Shown piece by piece: positions 62,634 to 64,000 of a DNA stretch of 64,000 nucleotides. This DNA comes from Octopus bimaculoides (taxonomy: Eukaryota), in the NCBI RefSeq assembly GCF_001194135.2, contig NC_068982.1, forward strand, positions 136,689,008 to 136,753,007, written 5' to 3'. Position numbers and translations under genes: made by a program. A model generated the notes under the pieces. It searched no databases. It was not told the origin of the DNA and saw only the letters and a program-made list of their open reading frames with translations. Position 1 is the first letter of the stretch, and each line of letters opens with the position of its first letter.

Positions 62634-63661
62634 TTAACAACAAGCTGGAGGTTGGCTATAAATATATCATTTAGCTACATCTGGATGCGGGTAGGTTCAT
62701 TTTTTGATAACATACTCATGTATTAGGATAAAAAAGAAACTGAACGTATAATAAATAACTTAGAAGCAACGCTGCGGATAAGCCAACACGCACGAGCTTG
62801 AAACATGGCCGCCCTCACACAATTCTCATGAGGAATTCCAGAAGGAGCTTCGTGAGACGACTGCAGAGACGCTTCCGGAAAAAAAAAATTCAGTAACCGT
62901 TGGAAAACCGATTATAGCAGTGACTCGATCAATTCCTAGGGATATCTGAAGAATGAATTTTTGTATTCCGAAATATTATTATTATATCAGACTATGGATA
63001 ATTAAATTATCCATAGTCTTCTGTTATTTCTCATTCACTGTTTTGGCGACCTTTCTGAAATTCGATGACCGCCAAGTAGAACATCGTATACTGAACTACG
63101 AAATATGAAGTAAGATTTACGTCTGCATAATTTATTTTATATTCAGCCAAGCAATAGATTACATTTTCTTGTAATAAATGACGCTTATTTGTAGATATAA
63201 AATGCAAGAAACTGTCTTTTTCTCTTTTATGCTTACTACATTTATTATGGTGATGGTAAGAAAAATAAAGTAAATATGGCGCTGATAGGAAAGAACAGAA
63301 GAGAAATGTAATGCTGTGATGCACTGGATTTATAATTAGGAGTGACGAGGAACAGAAGACAAGGATGACAACATCTTTAACATTTCCATATCTTTTTCAC
63401 AATAGAAATGTCGTTTCTAGGGCCTCTTCACCTTGAACCATCGGAAAGTCCAGGGTTTGAAACTTGAAAGAGATACACTTGCATGAGAATCCGGTTGTAT
63501 TCATTACAATTGAGTAGACATTGAATAACTTTAAAAAATGACTTTCTTAAGATCACACCACATCTCCTGGTCCAGGAATTGAAACTACGACCTTATGGTC
63601 ATTAATAGAGCACTCTAAATCCTAATCATCCTGGGTTCTCCGTTCCTCCATATATACTCTC

Positions 63662-64000
63662 CCTTTTACTCTATTTTACTTGTTTCAGTCATTTGACTGC
63701 GGCCATGCTGGAGCACCACCTTTATAGTCGAGCAAATCGACCCCAGGACTTATTCTTTGGAAGCCTAGTACTTATTCTATCGGTCTCTTGTGCCGAACCG
63801 CTAAATTACGGGGACGTAAACACACCAGCATCGTTTGTCAAGTGATGTTGGTGTGACAAACACAGACACACAAACATATACACACACACATATATACATA
63901 TACATATATACGACGGGCAATTCTTTCAGTTTCCGTCTACCAAATCCGCTCACAAGGCTTTGGTCGGCTCGAGGCTATAGTAGAAGACACTTTCCCAAGG
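63662..64000 (-). mobile_element. SINE family A, head cut off by window end
   Basis: TTTTACTTGTTTCAGTCATTTGACTGCGGCCATGCTGGAGCACC..CTTTCAGTTTCCGTCTACCAAATC. Confidence 0.95.

Noticed and set aside
63031-63324. 97-aa minus-strand ORF with a hydrophobic stretch
   Set aside because: Weak splice signals and no recognisable family.

Overview
AT-rich, repeat-dense eukaryotic DNA from a gapped assembly (16 N-gaps, most flanked by microsatellites). The tRNA-headed SINE families match what I recall from octopus genomes; this is inference and no database search was run. I cannot identify a host protein-coding gene with confidence, only a few unnamed minus-strand exon candidates. The window contains about 35 SINE copies from four families (my working labels A-D), decayed LINE fragments (CR1-like, R4/Dong-like, Hero-like, RTE-like), decayed DNA transposons (Tc1, mariner, a probable Chapaev3-like relic, MITEs), Penelope-like repeats with hammerhead ribozyme motifs, and many microsatellites. 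Best finding: two related but diverged retroelement copies (4027-6278 and 58298-58432) sit at the same nucleotide of the tRNA-derived head of SINE family A, each with a 14-bp target-site duplication. This suggests a sequence-specific, SINE-targeting non-LTR element. The longer copy has a gag-like ORF1 but no visible RT, plus an intron-like 5' leader. Second best: three near-canonical hammerhead ribozyme folds, one fused to a tRNA-like SINE head. Boundaries of decayed repeats are approximate and read by eye.
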